Shown piece after piece: positions 19,253-28,561 of a stretch of 64,000 nt of DNA; position 1 is the stretch's first letter; every line of letters starts with the position of its first letter. The stretch is from Myxococcota bacterium (GTDB lineage: Bacteria > Myxococcota_A > UBA796 > GCA-2862545), in contig JBCCQY010000006.1 in assembly GCA_039208735.1 (NCBI GenBank), positions 44,475 through 108,474 on the forward strand. Direction: 5' to 3'. The notes beneath the pieces were generated by a model that saw nothing but the letters and a program-made list of their open reading frames with translations, was not told the DNA's origin and did no database searches. A program made the position numbers and the translations under genes.

Positions 19253-20594
19253 CCACTCGCTGTTCTTCGAGCGTCGCCAACCGCTATGGAGAGCTGCGAC
19301 GAGTCTGGCGCTGACGGCTTGTGTGCTGATCGTGAACGCAGGGGCGACCAGTTTGGTCGTGTCTGTGGTCGGAGCAGGCACGGGAGCCCTCCTCTTGGTC
19401 GTCGCGCGCCTCCGGGGGCATCGGAGAATCGAGCCGGTTCTCGCCTGGACCCTGGCTCTGGTTGCCCTCGCCTTGCTCGGCGGTGTGGCGCTAAGTGGCG
19501 ATCTGACTCGGGTCGCCGAAACGGCCGCCCGCATCCTCTGCGGGGTGATTTGGGTCTTTTGGCTTGGCACCCAGGTCGATTGGGCGTCGCTTCGACAGGT
19601 GCTGCTCTGGCTTAGGGTCCCTGCCGACATCGTTGCTGCGCTTGACCATGCCCTGCTGCATGGCATTCTCACCCAACGAGAGTGGGCACGACGACGTGAT
19701 GCGGCTCGCCTGCGCTTGGGGACATCGCGCGTGCCCGTCACCTCTTGGGGGCCACTGCTCGGTGAAGGGGCGCTGCAAGCCTTCCTTCGACTCGAACGAG
19801 TCGAGGAAAATGCGCTTCTGCGCAGCAGTTCGAGTGCGGCCGCAGACAAGGGAGCGGGGGTCCGCTTCGAGGCGGTTGACGTCGAGCGCGGTGGCCAAGT
19901 GGTCCTCGAGCAGCTTGATCTTCGACTTGGACCCACGGAGTGGTTGCTCGTTTGTGGACCGAGTGGGGCCGGAAAGTCGAGCCTGTTGAGGTTGATCGCG
20001 GGGCTCGACGAACCCGCGCAGGGGACCATGACGCGTCTGGGAACCTCGGTTTCGTCGGGTACGGCGCTGGGCGACCGGCTCGACGGTCGGGTGGCACTGC
20101 TTGGTCAGAACCCAGAACATCATTTCATTGCGAGCACGGTAGCCGAAGACATTGCCTGGGGACTGCTTCGTCGAGGTTGGAAGGGGCCCGAGGCCCAGAA
20201 ACGCACTGCCGAGGTGGCGAGCGCCCTGCGTATTGAACATCTGATGGCGCGTCCGTGTCACGAACTGAGCTTTGGAGAGCAACGCCGCGTCGCGCTTGCG
20301 GGTTTGCTCGTGCTCGATCCGGCCCTGCTGCTCCTCGATGAGCCAACGGCAGGTCTCGATCCGGTGGCCGCTCACGAGCTTCGCAGGCTTGTGGAACAGT
20401 CGGTTCGACGGACCGGTGCGGCGTGCATTTGGGCAACCCACGACCTTCATTCACTGCCGCCCCAGGCCCAGCGCGTCGTCCTACTCCGAGACCGGCGGGT
20501 GCTGTTCGATGGCCCCACCTCTGAGGGGCTGTCGAGACCCTGGCTCCTCCGAGCGGGTCTAGCGGTGCCCACAAGCGAGGAAAATCCATGTTGA
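19236..20594 (+). CDS. Fused ECF T component (CbiQ-like) and ATPase (CbiO-like)
   Basis: Hydrophobic N-half with AARLR and ALLR motifs; GPSGAGKS, QNPEHHF, LSFGEQRRVALAG, LLLDEPTAGLD. Confidence 0.85.
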   Translation: MHFHADHSLFFERRQPLWRAATSLALTACVLIVNAGATSLVVSVVGAGTGALLLVVARLRGHRRIEPVLAWTLALVALALLGGVALSGDLTRVAETAARILCGVIWVFWLGTQVDWASLRQVLLWLRVPADIVAALDHALLHGILTQREWARRRDAARLRLGTSRVPVTSWGPLLGEGALQAFLRLERVEENALLRSSSSAAADKGAGVRFEAVDVERGGQVVLEQLDLRLGPTEWLLVCGPSGAGKSSLLRLIAGLDEPAQGTMTRLGTSVSSGTALGDRLDGRVALLGQNPEHHFIASTVAEDIAWGLLRRGWKGPEAQKRTAEVASALRIEHLMARPCHELSFGEQRRVALAGLLVLDPALLLLDEPTAGLDPVAAHELRRLVEQSVRRTGAACIWATHDLHSLPPQAQRVVLLRDRRVLFDGPTSEGLSRPWLLRAGLAVPTSEENPC

Positions 20595-20897
20595 TCGGCA
20601 GACCATCCAAACGGCCGAACCTCGAGACGATCCGCCGCATCAAGCGGACGCTTCGCGAGGCGCTTGAACTGCCCGAGGACGCGACGATCACGGTCTCCGA
20701 GTTGACCTGCCTCGAAGAAGGCTGTGCGCCGGTCGAGACGGTGTTTGGGTTGCTTCGCCCCAATGCAACCCCAGCTGCAACACAAGGTGCACAAGCCAAC
20801 GGACGCTATTGAAGCGAATGACTTACTGCAGGTCTGTTCCGCGTGGGGATTCGACCTGCAGGTTACAAATTTTGCTACGTTTGGCCTGGAGAACTAG
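20588..20897 (+). pseudogene. Small Cys-motif protein (ELTCLEEGCAPVET...KVHKP), frameshifted near 20767
   Basis: Removing 1 nt at ~20767 gives a 102 aa protein continuing QLQHKVHKPTDAIEANDLL and ending at TAG 20895-20897, directly before the next ATG (20898). Confidence 0.6.
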
Positions 20898-22244
20898 ATG
20901 AACACGCCTCAGAAAGTGCCTGTGACCATCCTCACGGGCTTCCTTGGCTCGGGAAAGACGACGCTGCTCAACCGGATCTTGAGCGAGCAGCACGGCAAAC
21001 GCATTGCGGTCATCGAAAACGAGTACGGTGAGGTCGGCATCGATCAGGCGTTGGTCATCAACGCAGACGAGGAAATCTTCGAGATGTCCAACGGTTGCAT
21101 CTGCTGCACCGTTCGAGGCGATCTCATCCGCGTGCTCGGCAACCTAATGAAACGGCGCGACAAGTTCGACTACGTCCTCGTCGAAACGACGGGGCTGGCC
21201 GATCCGGGTCCGGTCGCGCAGACGTTCTTCATGGATGACGAAATTCGGGCGGAGTTCCAGCTGGATGGGATTGTGACGCTCGTCGATGCGGCCCACATCG
21301 ATCAGCAGCTTGGGCGAAGCGATGAGAGCACCGAGCAGGTTGCGTTCGCAGATGTCCTGTTGCTCAACAAGACCGACCTTGTGGGCGATGAAGCGCTCGA
21401 CGGGCTCGAGGCCCGGCTTCGCGACATGAACCGCATGGCCCGAGTTGTTCGCAGTGAAAAGGCGAACGTGCCCGTCGATACGGTGCTCAATCTCAGCGCC
21501 TTCGATTTAGATCAGGTACTCGAGCGGCGTCCGACCTTCCTCGAGCCGGAGTACCCGTTTGAGTGGACGGGGGTGTACGCCCTCGAACCTGGTCGGTACG
21601 AACTGAGCCTCGCGGAAGGGCCAGATCCATCCATGTCGCTCGTCATCGTCGCGAATCAGGGCACGGACGATGCAGAGCTTCGCGAAGGTGCGGAGTGGTG
21701 CGTCCGTCAATACGCAGAGGAGCCGGCGACGGTGAATCCGGGTGAGCAGGTCCCGGTCGGCGCACACGTCAGCCTTGAACTGCAGGCTGCGGGCCGTAAG
21801 TCCTTCGTGCTTCAGGTCGACGCCCCGATGCAGGTCGGCCTCTACGCCCAGCATACCGCCGAGGAGTTTGACCTTAAGCTGCTTGACGCAGACGGCGCGG
21901 CGGTTTCCTTGAAGGGCGAACGCACCTGGGTTGCCCAGCACGAGCATGACGATGAGGTCGGTTCCATTGCCATCGAGCGGGATGGCGATGTCGATCCGGA
22001 AAAGCTGAACGCCTGGCTTTCGAAGCTTCTCGCCGAGCGCGGGGTAGACATCTTCCGGATGAAGGGCTTCATCAGCGTTGCCGGAGAGTCGGACCGCTAC
22101 GTCTTCCAGGGGGTACACATGCTCATCGACGGGCAGCCCGACCGACCCTGGGGTGATTCGCCCCGACGCAACCAGCTTGTCTTCATCGGACGGAATCTCG
22201 ATGAAGAGGGCATGAGGAAGGGCTTCGATGCATGCCTGATCTGA
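20898..22244 (+). CDS. COG0523 (CobW/YjiA/ZigA-type) G3E GTPase metallochaperone
   Basis: LTGFLGSGKTT, ENEYGE, NGCICCTVRGDL, ETTGLADP, NKTD; CobW_C RMKG...FQGVH...LVFIGRNL. Confidence 0.95.
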   Translation: MNTPQKVPVTILTGFLGSGKTTLLNRILSEQHGKRIAVIENEYGEVGIDQALVINADEEIFEMSNGCICCTVRGDLIRVLGNLMKRRDKFDYVLVETTGLADPGPVAQTFFMDDEIRAEFQLDGIVTLVDAAHIDQQLGRSDESTEQVAFADVLLLNKTDLVGDEALDGLEARLRDMNRMARVVRSEKANVPVDTVLNLSAFDLDQVLERRPTFLEPEYPFEWTGVYALEPGRYELSLAEGPDPSMSLVIVANQGTDDAELREGAEWCVRQYAEEPATVNPGEQVPVGAHVSLELQAAGRKSFVLQVDAPMQVGLYAQHTAEEFDLKLLDADGAAVSLKGERTWVAQHEHDDEVGSIAIERDGDVDPEKLNAWLSKLLAERGVDIFRMKGFISVAGESDRYVFQGVHMLIDGQPDRPWGDSPRRNQLVFIGRNLDEEGMRKGFDACLI

Positions 22245-23269
22245 CCGCCGACCGTCCGATGGGCGTCCTTCGCACCGGCTGGTCGGCCGAGGTCGGAGAC
22301 TACGCGATTGCCGGAGGTTGGGCTCGCGCCGGCCGAGTACTGGTCGTGGCGGATGCGGCGGGTGGCATCTACGGATTTGATAGCAAGGCGGGTGCGACCC
22401 TCTGGCAAGGGACGCACGACGAAGGCGTGATGGCGATGGCCATCCATCCTGATGGAGAAACCTTCGCCACGGCCGGCCAGGACGGGCGAGTCCTGATCTG
22501 GAGCGCTTCAGAAGGTCAGGTCACCAAGGTCGTCGAACTTGGGAATGGCTGGGTGGAGCATGTGGCGTGGTCGCCAGACGGCCGATGGTTGGCCGCTGCG
22601 ATCTCACGTCGCGTTCATGTGTTTGACGCCGAAGGTGAAGAGGCCTGGCGGTCAGAGGCGCATCCCAGCACGGTCAGCGCCATCGCGTGGTCGGGGAGTC
22701 AGGAACTGGCGACGGCCTGCTACGGCCGCGTGGCGTTCTTCGAAGCGTCCTCGGGGGAGCTTGGCCAGAAACTGGAGTGGAAAGGCTCCTTGGTTTCGAT
22801 GGTTCTGAGTCCGGACGGCGACATCGTGGCGTGTGGAAGTCAGGACAATACCGTGCACTTCTGGCGGCGCTCGACGGAGCAAGACTCCATGATGTCGGGA
22901 TATCCAGGCAAACCATCTGCCCTCGCCTTCGACGAATCGGGCACCCTGCTTGCGACCGGAGGCGGGGAGACGGTCTTGGTTTGGAGTTTCGAGGGGGATG
23001 GCCCTGAAGGGACACGCCCCGGTGTGCTGAAGGTTCACGTTCAGTCGATTACGACGCTGGCCTTCGCTCATGCAGGGATGCGCCTCGCTTCGGGGGCCCG
23101 GGATGGTGCTGTCGTGGTCTGGGGACTCCAGAGCGATGGCGACGGTGCGGCGGCCGGAGCAGCCCTCGTCGGAGAGGTCGTTGCAGGACTTTCGTGGCGT
23201 CCGGATGGTCGTTCCCTTGCCGCTTTCGATGCGAAAGGTGTGGTGACCGTTTGGCGAGTGAGCAAATAG
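22232..23269 (+). CDS. WD40 repeat protein
   Basis: Repeated WSPDG, ATAGQDGRVLIW and ASGARDGAVVVW blades; overlaps the COG0523 stop. Confidence 0.9.
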   Translation: MPDLTADRPMGVLRTGWSAEVGDYAIAGGWARAGRVLVVADAAGGIYGFDSKAGATLWQGTHDEGVMAMAIHPDGETFATAGQDGRVLIWSASEGQVTKVVELGNGWVEHVAWSPDGRWLAAAISRRVHVFDAEGEEAWRSEAHPSTVSAIAWSGSQELATACYGRVAFFEASSGELGQKLEWKGSLVSMVLSPDGDIVACGSQDNTVHFWRRSTEQDSMMSGYPGKPSALAFDESGTLLATGGGETVLVWSFEGDGPEGTRPGVLKVHVQSITTLAFAHAGMRLASGARDGAVVVWGLQSDGDGAAAGAALVGEVVAGLSWRPDGRSLAAFDAKGVVTVWRVSK

Positions 23270-23301
23270 GCCCATGGCGAGGCCCCGGGACGGGTCTCCC
23301 G

Positions 23302-23739
23302 CTATTGCGGCCTTTCATCTCGGGGATCTGGTGCAACGATGGGTGCGTCAGCCGGCCAGGCGAGCCGGAGGCCCATCGGCGGCCGAACCTTTGACCACGC
23401 GCCCCAGAGTTGGCGGAGCCGCTCGAATCCCGGGATCTGCTCCGCATCTCGCCGCTTGAAGGCGCTTTGAAGTTGCACCACCTGGCCCTCGATCGCGAGG
23501 AGTGAAGCCCACTCCGCGTCCTCCATCGTCGCTTCGCGCAACGCGGTGGGATCGGCGCCCTGGGCGACCCGGCCATAGAAGCCTTCGTCGGTGCCCAGTG
23601 CGGCCTCCACCGCGTAGTGACAGAGGTCGTGCAAGAGCAGCGAACGCGTCTCGAGCAAGGCTTCGATGCGCGGCCAAGGTGGTCGGAGCACCACGAAGTG
23701 GTGGCGGTGTGGAGACGCGGGTGAAAGCCAGATCAGCAT
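23302..23739 (-). CDS. Hypothetical protein (HDLxHYAVE motif)
   Basis: LETRSLLLHDLCHYAVEAALG...GFYG; starts 3 nt after the LysR stop. Confidence 0.65.
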   Translation of the reverse strand: MLIWLSPASPHRHHFVVLRPPWPRIEALLETRSLLLHDLCHYAVEAALGTDEGFYGRVAQGADPTALREATMEDAEWASLLAIEGQVVQLQSAFKRRDAEQIPGFERLRQLWGAWSKVRPPMGLRLAWPADAPIVAPDPRDERPQ

Positions 23740-23742
23740 GGA

Positions 23743-24660
23743 TCAGCCGAATCTCTGCTCGAGGTCGGTCAGCAGGGCCTCCCAGACCACGCGTATCCGA
23801 GGCACGCTCCGCAAGGTTCGATGGGTCACCATGAAGATCTCGTTCTGGGGGAGTCGTTCCTGCGGCTCGAGCCCGCCGAGCGTCACCCGAACCAAGCCAT
23901 AGTGTTCGACGTTGGGGTGAGGCACGAGGGCGACCCCGAGGCCCGCCTGAGCGGCTGCAATCTGGGTGCGGATGCTGTCGGTCTCGAGGACAGGCTCAAG
24001 GGAGAAGCGCGCGAGCCACTGGCTGGCGGGAGCGCGGGCGAAGCGAGGTCCCCATCCGATCCACGGCACGGACCCCAGGTCCTCCACGACGCCCAGACGC
24101 TCGGCGGTCGCGGGGGACGCGGCGGGCACCCAGGAGATCGTGAAGACGCGTCTTGCAACAAGGTCGCCGCGGGTTGGGCGCACGGTGCGGACCGCCAGGT
24201 CGGCTTCACGGCGGACGAGGTCGACGGTCGCTTCGCCAGGAGAGAGGACGACCCTCAGCCGAGGGTGGACCGCGAGCAGTTTGCGGAGAACGGGAAGTAG
24301 CACCACGTCGGCCATATCGGGGGGGCAGGCGATGCGTACCGTCCCCGACACATCACGCTCAAGACCATCCACCGCGTTCGCAAAGGAGGCCACGGCTGCC
24401 TCAGTCTGCTCCGCTGCGACGAGAAGTTCTTCGGCGGCCTTGGTGGGGGACAGGCCATCTCGGCCACGTTCAAACAGGGCCGTGTCCAGTGCGTCCTCGA
24501 GGGCAGTGAGCCGGCGGGAGACGGTGGAGATGTTGACGCGCAGCGTCTTGGCGGCTTCTCCCATGGTGCGGGAACGGTAGAGCACAAGGAAGAGCTGTAC
24601 GTCGTCCCATGGGAACGATGTGAGTTGAGACGACGTCCTTCGTTGCATGAACGCAAACAT
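23743..24660 (-). CDS. LysR family regulator
   Basis: WDDVQLFLVLYRSRTMGEAAKTLRVNISTVSRRLTALE; READLAVR. Start is 24660 or 24648. Confidence 0.93.
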   Translation of the reverse strand: MFAFMQRRTSSQLTSFPWDDVQLFLVLYRSRTMGEAAKTLRVNISTVSRRLTALEDALDTALFERGRDGLSPTKAAEELLVAAEQTEAAVASFANAVDGLERDVSGTVRIACPPDMADVVLLPVLRKLLAVHPRLRVVLSPGEATVDLVRREADLAVRTVRPTRGDLVARRVFTISWVPAASPATAERLGVVEDLGSVPWIGWGPRFARAPASQWLARFSLEPVLETDSIRTQIAAAQAGLGVALVPHPNVEHYGLVRVTLGGLEPQERLPQNEIFMVTHRTLRSVPRIRVVWEALLTDLEQRFG

Positions 24661-24748
24661 AGTGCCGCCCGGGTGCCCAAGCTCGGGATCGAGACGGCCT
24701 ACGGCTACGCTCGTTCGAGGGTTTGCTTCAACGTACGATACGGACTGG

Positions 24749-25102
24749 CTAACGAGGCTCACTTTGCTGCGTGGAAAACACGAGTATCCATGCGAAGAGT
24801 CGAAAGTTTGGCTGCGACAGGTCGACCTTCCCAAAACCGCGCTGATTCACCCATGCAACGAACGAGTCGGGCTCGGCCAGCGTGCGGTGAATTGCGGTCA
24901 GGAACGCGGCCAGGCGTTCATCAGAGTCTGGTCCGTTCAACGCCGTTTGAAGCATCGCCACAAAGCGGTTGAACCACTCTGCCGAATCCAAGGGCAGCAC
25001 GGGCATCATCGTCTCGACATGCTGCGCTGCTGCAGCGGCGCGTTGCGACAACGGAAGCGCACGGAGCGCGGCGATCTCACGTTCGTAGTCCTCGTCCGTC
25101 AT
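24749..25102 (-). CDS. Hypothetical protein
   Basis: ATG (MTDEDYERE) 2 nt after the upstream stop, GGAG RBS; helical-looking 117 aa. Confidence 0.55.
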   Translation of the reverse strand: MTDEDYEREIAALRALPLSQRAAAAAQHVETMMPVLPLDSAEWFNRFVAMLQTALNGPDSDERLAAFLTAIHRTLAEPDSFVAWVNQRGFGKVDLSQPNFRLFAWILVFSTQQSEPR

Positions 25103-25104
25103 GG

Positions 25105-25482
25105 CTACTCCAAGTGGCCCGCCGAAAACAGCATTTGGGCGAGTGCGGCCCAGGATGGCTTGCGGTAGACCCATTCGTCGACGTCGGCCGGCATGGGCCG
25201 TTCATGCGGCCAATACGACGCATTGAAGAAGTTCCACAGGGTGCGGTTTGACCAGATGCCCAGTTCACGATTTGGATCGAAGGCGTGGAGTTTCGCAAGC
25301 CCTTTCATGAAGACTTCGAAGTCTTCGGGCCCTTTGATGCGGTTGGCGAACGCGGTCACGGCTTCGAAAAACATGGAGGCCACCGCTTCGTTTCTTGGGG
25401 CGAGATCGATGTAGTCCAGCAGGACCAGGAACGAATGGGAGTCGCGGGCATTGAACAGCGCCTCGAGCATTTCAGGTTTCAT
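25105..25482 (-). CDS. Hypothetical protein
   Basis: MKPEMLEALF..., 125 aa, protein-like composition, tandem with the previous gene. Confidence 0.55.
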   Translation of the reverse strand: MKPEMLEALFNARDSHSFLVLLDYIDLAPRNEAVASMFFEAVTAFANRIKGPEDFEVFMKGLAKLHAFDPNRELGIWSNRTLWNFFNASYWPHERPMPADVDEWVYRKPSWAALAQMLFSAGHLE

Positions 25483-25909
25483 CCGACCGCAGGCTCCAAG
25501 GGGGGGCCCGCTTGCTATGTTTCGCGGCGAGGAGGACCGCAATGCGCGAGGAACTTCGGACCATGGTCATGGCGCGTGATTTCGATGCGATCGAGCGCGC
25601 CCGGTCCACGCTTCGGGCGTCCGACGTTCATGCGGGTCGTGCAGCAGGTGTCGTTGCAGCATGGGCTTCGGATCGACGGGCCTGAACCGGCACCGGGGCA
25701 AGGACGTCCCCTTGGAGGCAACGACGAACCGGCGTTAATGTTGGCCGCACGAGCGGGGCGTCCAAGGTAGGTCCAGCGACTCCCCGATGCCGGCGCCAAC
25801 CCAACTCTCGTCGATGCTCAAGGGAAGACGGCGCGTGACCAGGCAAAGGGGCGACGCGCGGCGCAGGTCAGGCAGGTGCTGGACGGGGTGTCTTGATTCG
25901 GAACTCGAC

Positions 25910-26428
25910 TCAGAAGCGAAACCGGACCCCGCCGAACACGTGGGTGTTGTTGATGTCTGGTCGATTGTCACCCGTAGCAAGGACCTTGAACTGGCCCATG
26001 GCCATCAGGTCCACGTTGGACACGACATTGACCGACAGGAACCCGAGCCCGCCGAAGTGGCCGCGATACTGGTCGAGTCCTGTCGTTACCCCAACCGTGG
26101 GTCCCAACCCGAGTGATACGCGCTTGATGGGAACGACGAACTTGAAGTTGAGATCGAGGTCGGTGTGAGAGGTGCGCGTGTCGCCCTGCCGCAGCTCATA
26201 CACGGTTGCGGCCGGGGTCACGTAAAAGGTCTCGATCAGCGGGATGTCGACAAAGAAACCCCAGGAAAAACTGGTGTCAAGGTCGAGTTCGCTCGCATCG
26301 GCCAGGTTGGCTCCCGCCACGACCCCAAGTCCGACGTTGCGTGCCGGGGAAGCCGGCGGGCGATGGGCTTCGGCTTGCATGGGGACCAGGACGGCCAATA
26401 GGGTGAGCGCAGGAATGAGACGGGTCAT
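25910..26428 (-). CDS. Small outer-membrane beta-barrel protein
   Basis: Signal peptide (..MQAEA), alternating amphipathic strands, C-terminal GGVRFRF ending in Phe. Confidence 0.8.
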   Translation of the reverse strand: MTRLIPALTLLAVLVPMQAEAHRPPASPARNVGLGVVAGANLADASELDLDTSFSWGFFVDIPLIETFYVTPAATVYELRQGDTRTSHTDLDLNFKFVVPIKRVSLGLGPTVGVTTGLDQYRGHFGGLGFLSVNVVSNVDLMAMGQFKVLATGDNRPDINNTHVFGGVRFRF

Positions 26429-26534
26429 GGCGGAGTCTCCTGGGTACGACGGGTTGGCGCCGGGGCCTCACTGGAACAGTCCCCACTTCGTCAACCCGCG
26501 TCGTTGCCGAACCCATCCGAGTTAGACCCAGGCC

Positions 26535-27296
26535 ATGACGAAGCTCATCCAACACCTGCTTCTTCTGCCCCTCCTCGTCTTGCTCGCTGGAGCAACGTGG
26601 CCCACCGAGCCCCACCCGGCTCCCTGGCGCTGGTCGTCGCTCGGCGTCGAGATGCAAGACCTCGCGGTGGGCACGGGCGACGAAGTCGTCGAAGGGGCGC
26701 GCGTCTACGTGCACTACGTGGGCATGCTGAACGATGGCACGGTCTTCGACGAGAGCCGCCCGCGCGGGAAGGAACTCGACTTCCTGGTCGGGAGCGGGCA
26801 GGTCATCAAAGGCTGGGAGGATGGCCTCCTCGGGATGCGGGTGGGCGGAACCCGACGGCTCGTGATTCCTGCGTCGCTTGGATACGGTTCCCAGGGAGCA
26901 GGCCGCATTCCAGGGGGCGCAACCCTATACTTCGAGGTGGAGCTGATCTCGCTGAAGCCTCCACGCAAAGCACCCACGTCGGTTCCTGAGTTGTCCGAAG
27001 ATGCGTGGAAGCTCGTGCGCGGCGTCGCGGTGGCCGATGTGAAGCCCGGGGATGGCGCTCGCATCAAGCTGAAGAAAGGGGCCCGGGCTTGTCTGGATTT
27101 CGTTCAGTTTGACGCCCAAGGTGCGGCCGTGGCGAACACGTACTCGCGAGAGCGATGCACCTGGACGCAGCTCGGATGGGACAAGCTTCCGCTCTCCGTG
27201 GAATCGGGGCTGAAGGGGCTGCGGGAGTCTGGTGTGCGTGCGGTTCGTGATGGGGATAGCGTTTGGCTTGTCGAACTCACGATGGTCGGCATCTAA
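26535..27296 (+). CDS. FKBP-type peptidyl-prolyl isomerase with a second degenerate FKBP domain
   Basis: VHYVGML.DGTVFD, GQVIKGWEDGL, RRLVIPASLGYG, LYFEVEL; signal peptide. Confidence 0.93.
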   Translation: MTKLIQHLLLLPLLVLLAGATWPTEPHPAPWRWSSLGVEMQDLAVGTGDEVVEGARVYVHYVGMLNDGTVFDESRPRGKELDFLVGSGQVIKGWEDGLLGMRVGGTRRLVIPASLGYGSQGAGRIPGGATLYFEVELISLKPPRKAPTSVPELSEDAWKLVRGVAVADVKPGDGARIKLKKGARACLDFVQFDAQGAAVANTYSRERCTWTQLGWDKLPLSVESGLKGLRESGVRAVRDGDSVWLVELTMVGI

Positions 27297-27372
27297 CGTC
27301 GAAAATTGGTGGTGCGTTGGCGTTGGTGGATCGCGGCTCCGTTCCTTCGCGAGGTCGCACCACCCTGAAGGT

Positions 27373-28023
27373 CTAGAAATCACCTGTAATGACGTAGGGG
27401 TAGCTCCACAGGGTGACCTGAAGGAGGACCGACTTGACCCAAGCCTGATGCATCTTGTCCACGTCTTCGGCAGAGTGGTCTCCGGCTTCGAGGAACGGAC
27501 GTAGGGTGTGGGTGATCGGGAGGGTCAACAGTGTGACGTGCCGCAGATGGATATGGTCGACCGCATTGGCGTTGTCGGTTCGGTTCTTTCCTACGCGATG
27601 ATGCCGTCGGCCAATTTCGAGCTGGTAGTCGAGCCAATCTTGATGGTAATTGGCGTCGGCGGTGTCGAGGATCCACTGGCCGAATCTCACTCGAACCGCA
27701 TCGAGGTACTCGGGTTGGACCTCACCGGCAGCCGACGAAAAATAGGCCAGCAGGTGCGGTTGCGAAGCGACAAAGCCGTACCACGTGTCGAGAATGGCAT
27801 CGGTTTGGGGCTCGAGGACGTCGCGTGACATGCGCAAGTACTTCACGTCCTCGTCCGAGAACAGGACGCTCTTCTTCATGACTTCGAGGTCGGCGACGGT
27901 GATGCGAGGGTTGGACATTGCAGTTCCTTTGGCGCTCTTGGGCGCCGATGCAGCGGACGGGATGGTCTTGGAGCAGCCGGACACCGCAAGCAGTGCCCAC
28001 AACGTGAGTCGGACGACGATCAT
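27373..28023 (-). CDS. Protoglobin with an N-terminal lipoprotein signal
   Basis: KKSVLFSDED, DTWYGFV (B9/B10), LLAYF, RFGQWILDT, EIGRRHH.VGKNRTD (F8 His), AWVKSVLLQVTLWSYPY; MIVVRLTLWALLAVSGC; ATGA overlap with the redoxin stop. Confidence 0.9.
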   Translation of the reverse strand: MIVVRLTLWALLAVSGCSKTIPSAASAPKSAKGTAMSNPRITVADLEVMKKSVLFSDEDVKYLRMSRDVLEPQTDAILDTWYGFVASQPHLLAYFSSAAGEVQPEYLDAVRVRFGQWILDTADANYHQDWLDYQLEIGRRHHRVGKNRTDNANAVDHIHLRHVTLLTLPITHTLRPFLEAGDHSAEDVDKMHQAWVKSVLLQVTLWSYPYVITGDF

Positions 28024-28547
28024 GGCGACACCTCTGCGGGGAAGGACACGGTGCAGGTCTGGTCGGTGCAGTCGTTTGCGAAGGAAGCCTTTGGTTCGGC
28101 GAGGAGCGCTGCGACGGACGCGCCCAGCTCAAGGTCTTCCACATGACCGAACCATTGGTGGCGAAGCTTGCCTTGGCGGTCGATGAGCGTGAGGGTTGGC
28201 GTGCCTCGCATGCGGTACGCGCGCATCGTTTGGGGCACACCCGAAGCGTCGTGTACATCGACGCCGACAGGGAAGGTCACTCGGTATTCGCTGAGGAATG
28301 CCTCCAAGGCCACGGGCGTCATGGCGGCGTGGTGCTCGAAGACCGAGTGCATCCCGACGACGACCAACGAATTGCCGAATGCCTCCGTCAGGCGCTGGGC
28401 TTGGGGCAGCCCTCGGGCCACACAGCCGGAACACAACATCTGAAACGTCTCCAGCGCGACGACCTGACCACGCAGCGACGCCAGAGACCGCGGATTTCGT
28501 GCGTTGAACCAACGCGACGTCTTCCACTCCGGAGCGGGTTCGTTCAT
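28020..28547 (-). CDS. Redoxin/TlpA-like thiol-disulfide oxidoreductase
   Basis: FQMLCSGCV CxxC, GMHSVFEHH, GTPTLTLIDRQG. Confidence 0.9.
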   Translation of the reverse strand: MNEPAPEWKTSRWFNARNPRSLASLRGQVVALETFQMLCSGCVARGLPQAQRLTEAFGNSLVVVGMHSVFEHHAAMTPVALEAFLSEYRVTFPVGVDVHDASGVPQTMRAYRMRGTPTLTLIDRQGKLRHQWFGHVEDLELGASVAALLAEPKASFANDCTDQTCTVSFPAEVSP

Positions 28548-28561
28548 ACTCTCCACCTAAT

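Noticed and set aside
25483..25909. Short ORFs (25515-25799, 25628-25846) in the gap
   Set aside because: No RBS, motif or consistent frame; left unannotated.
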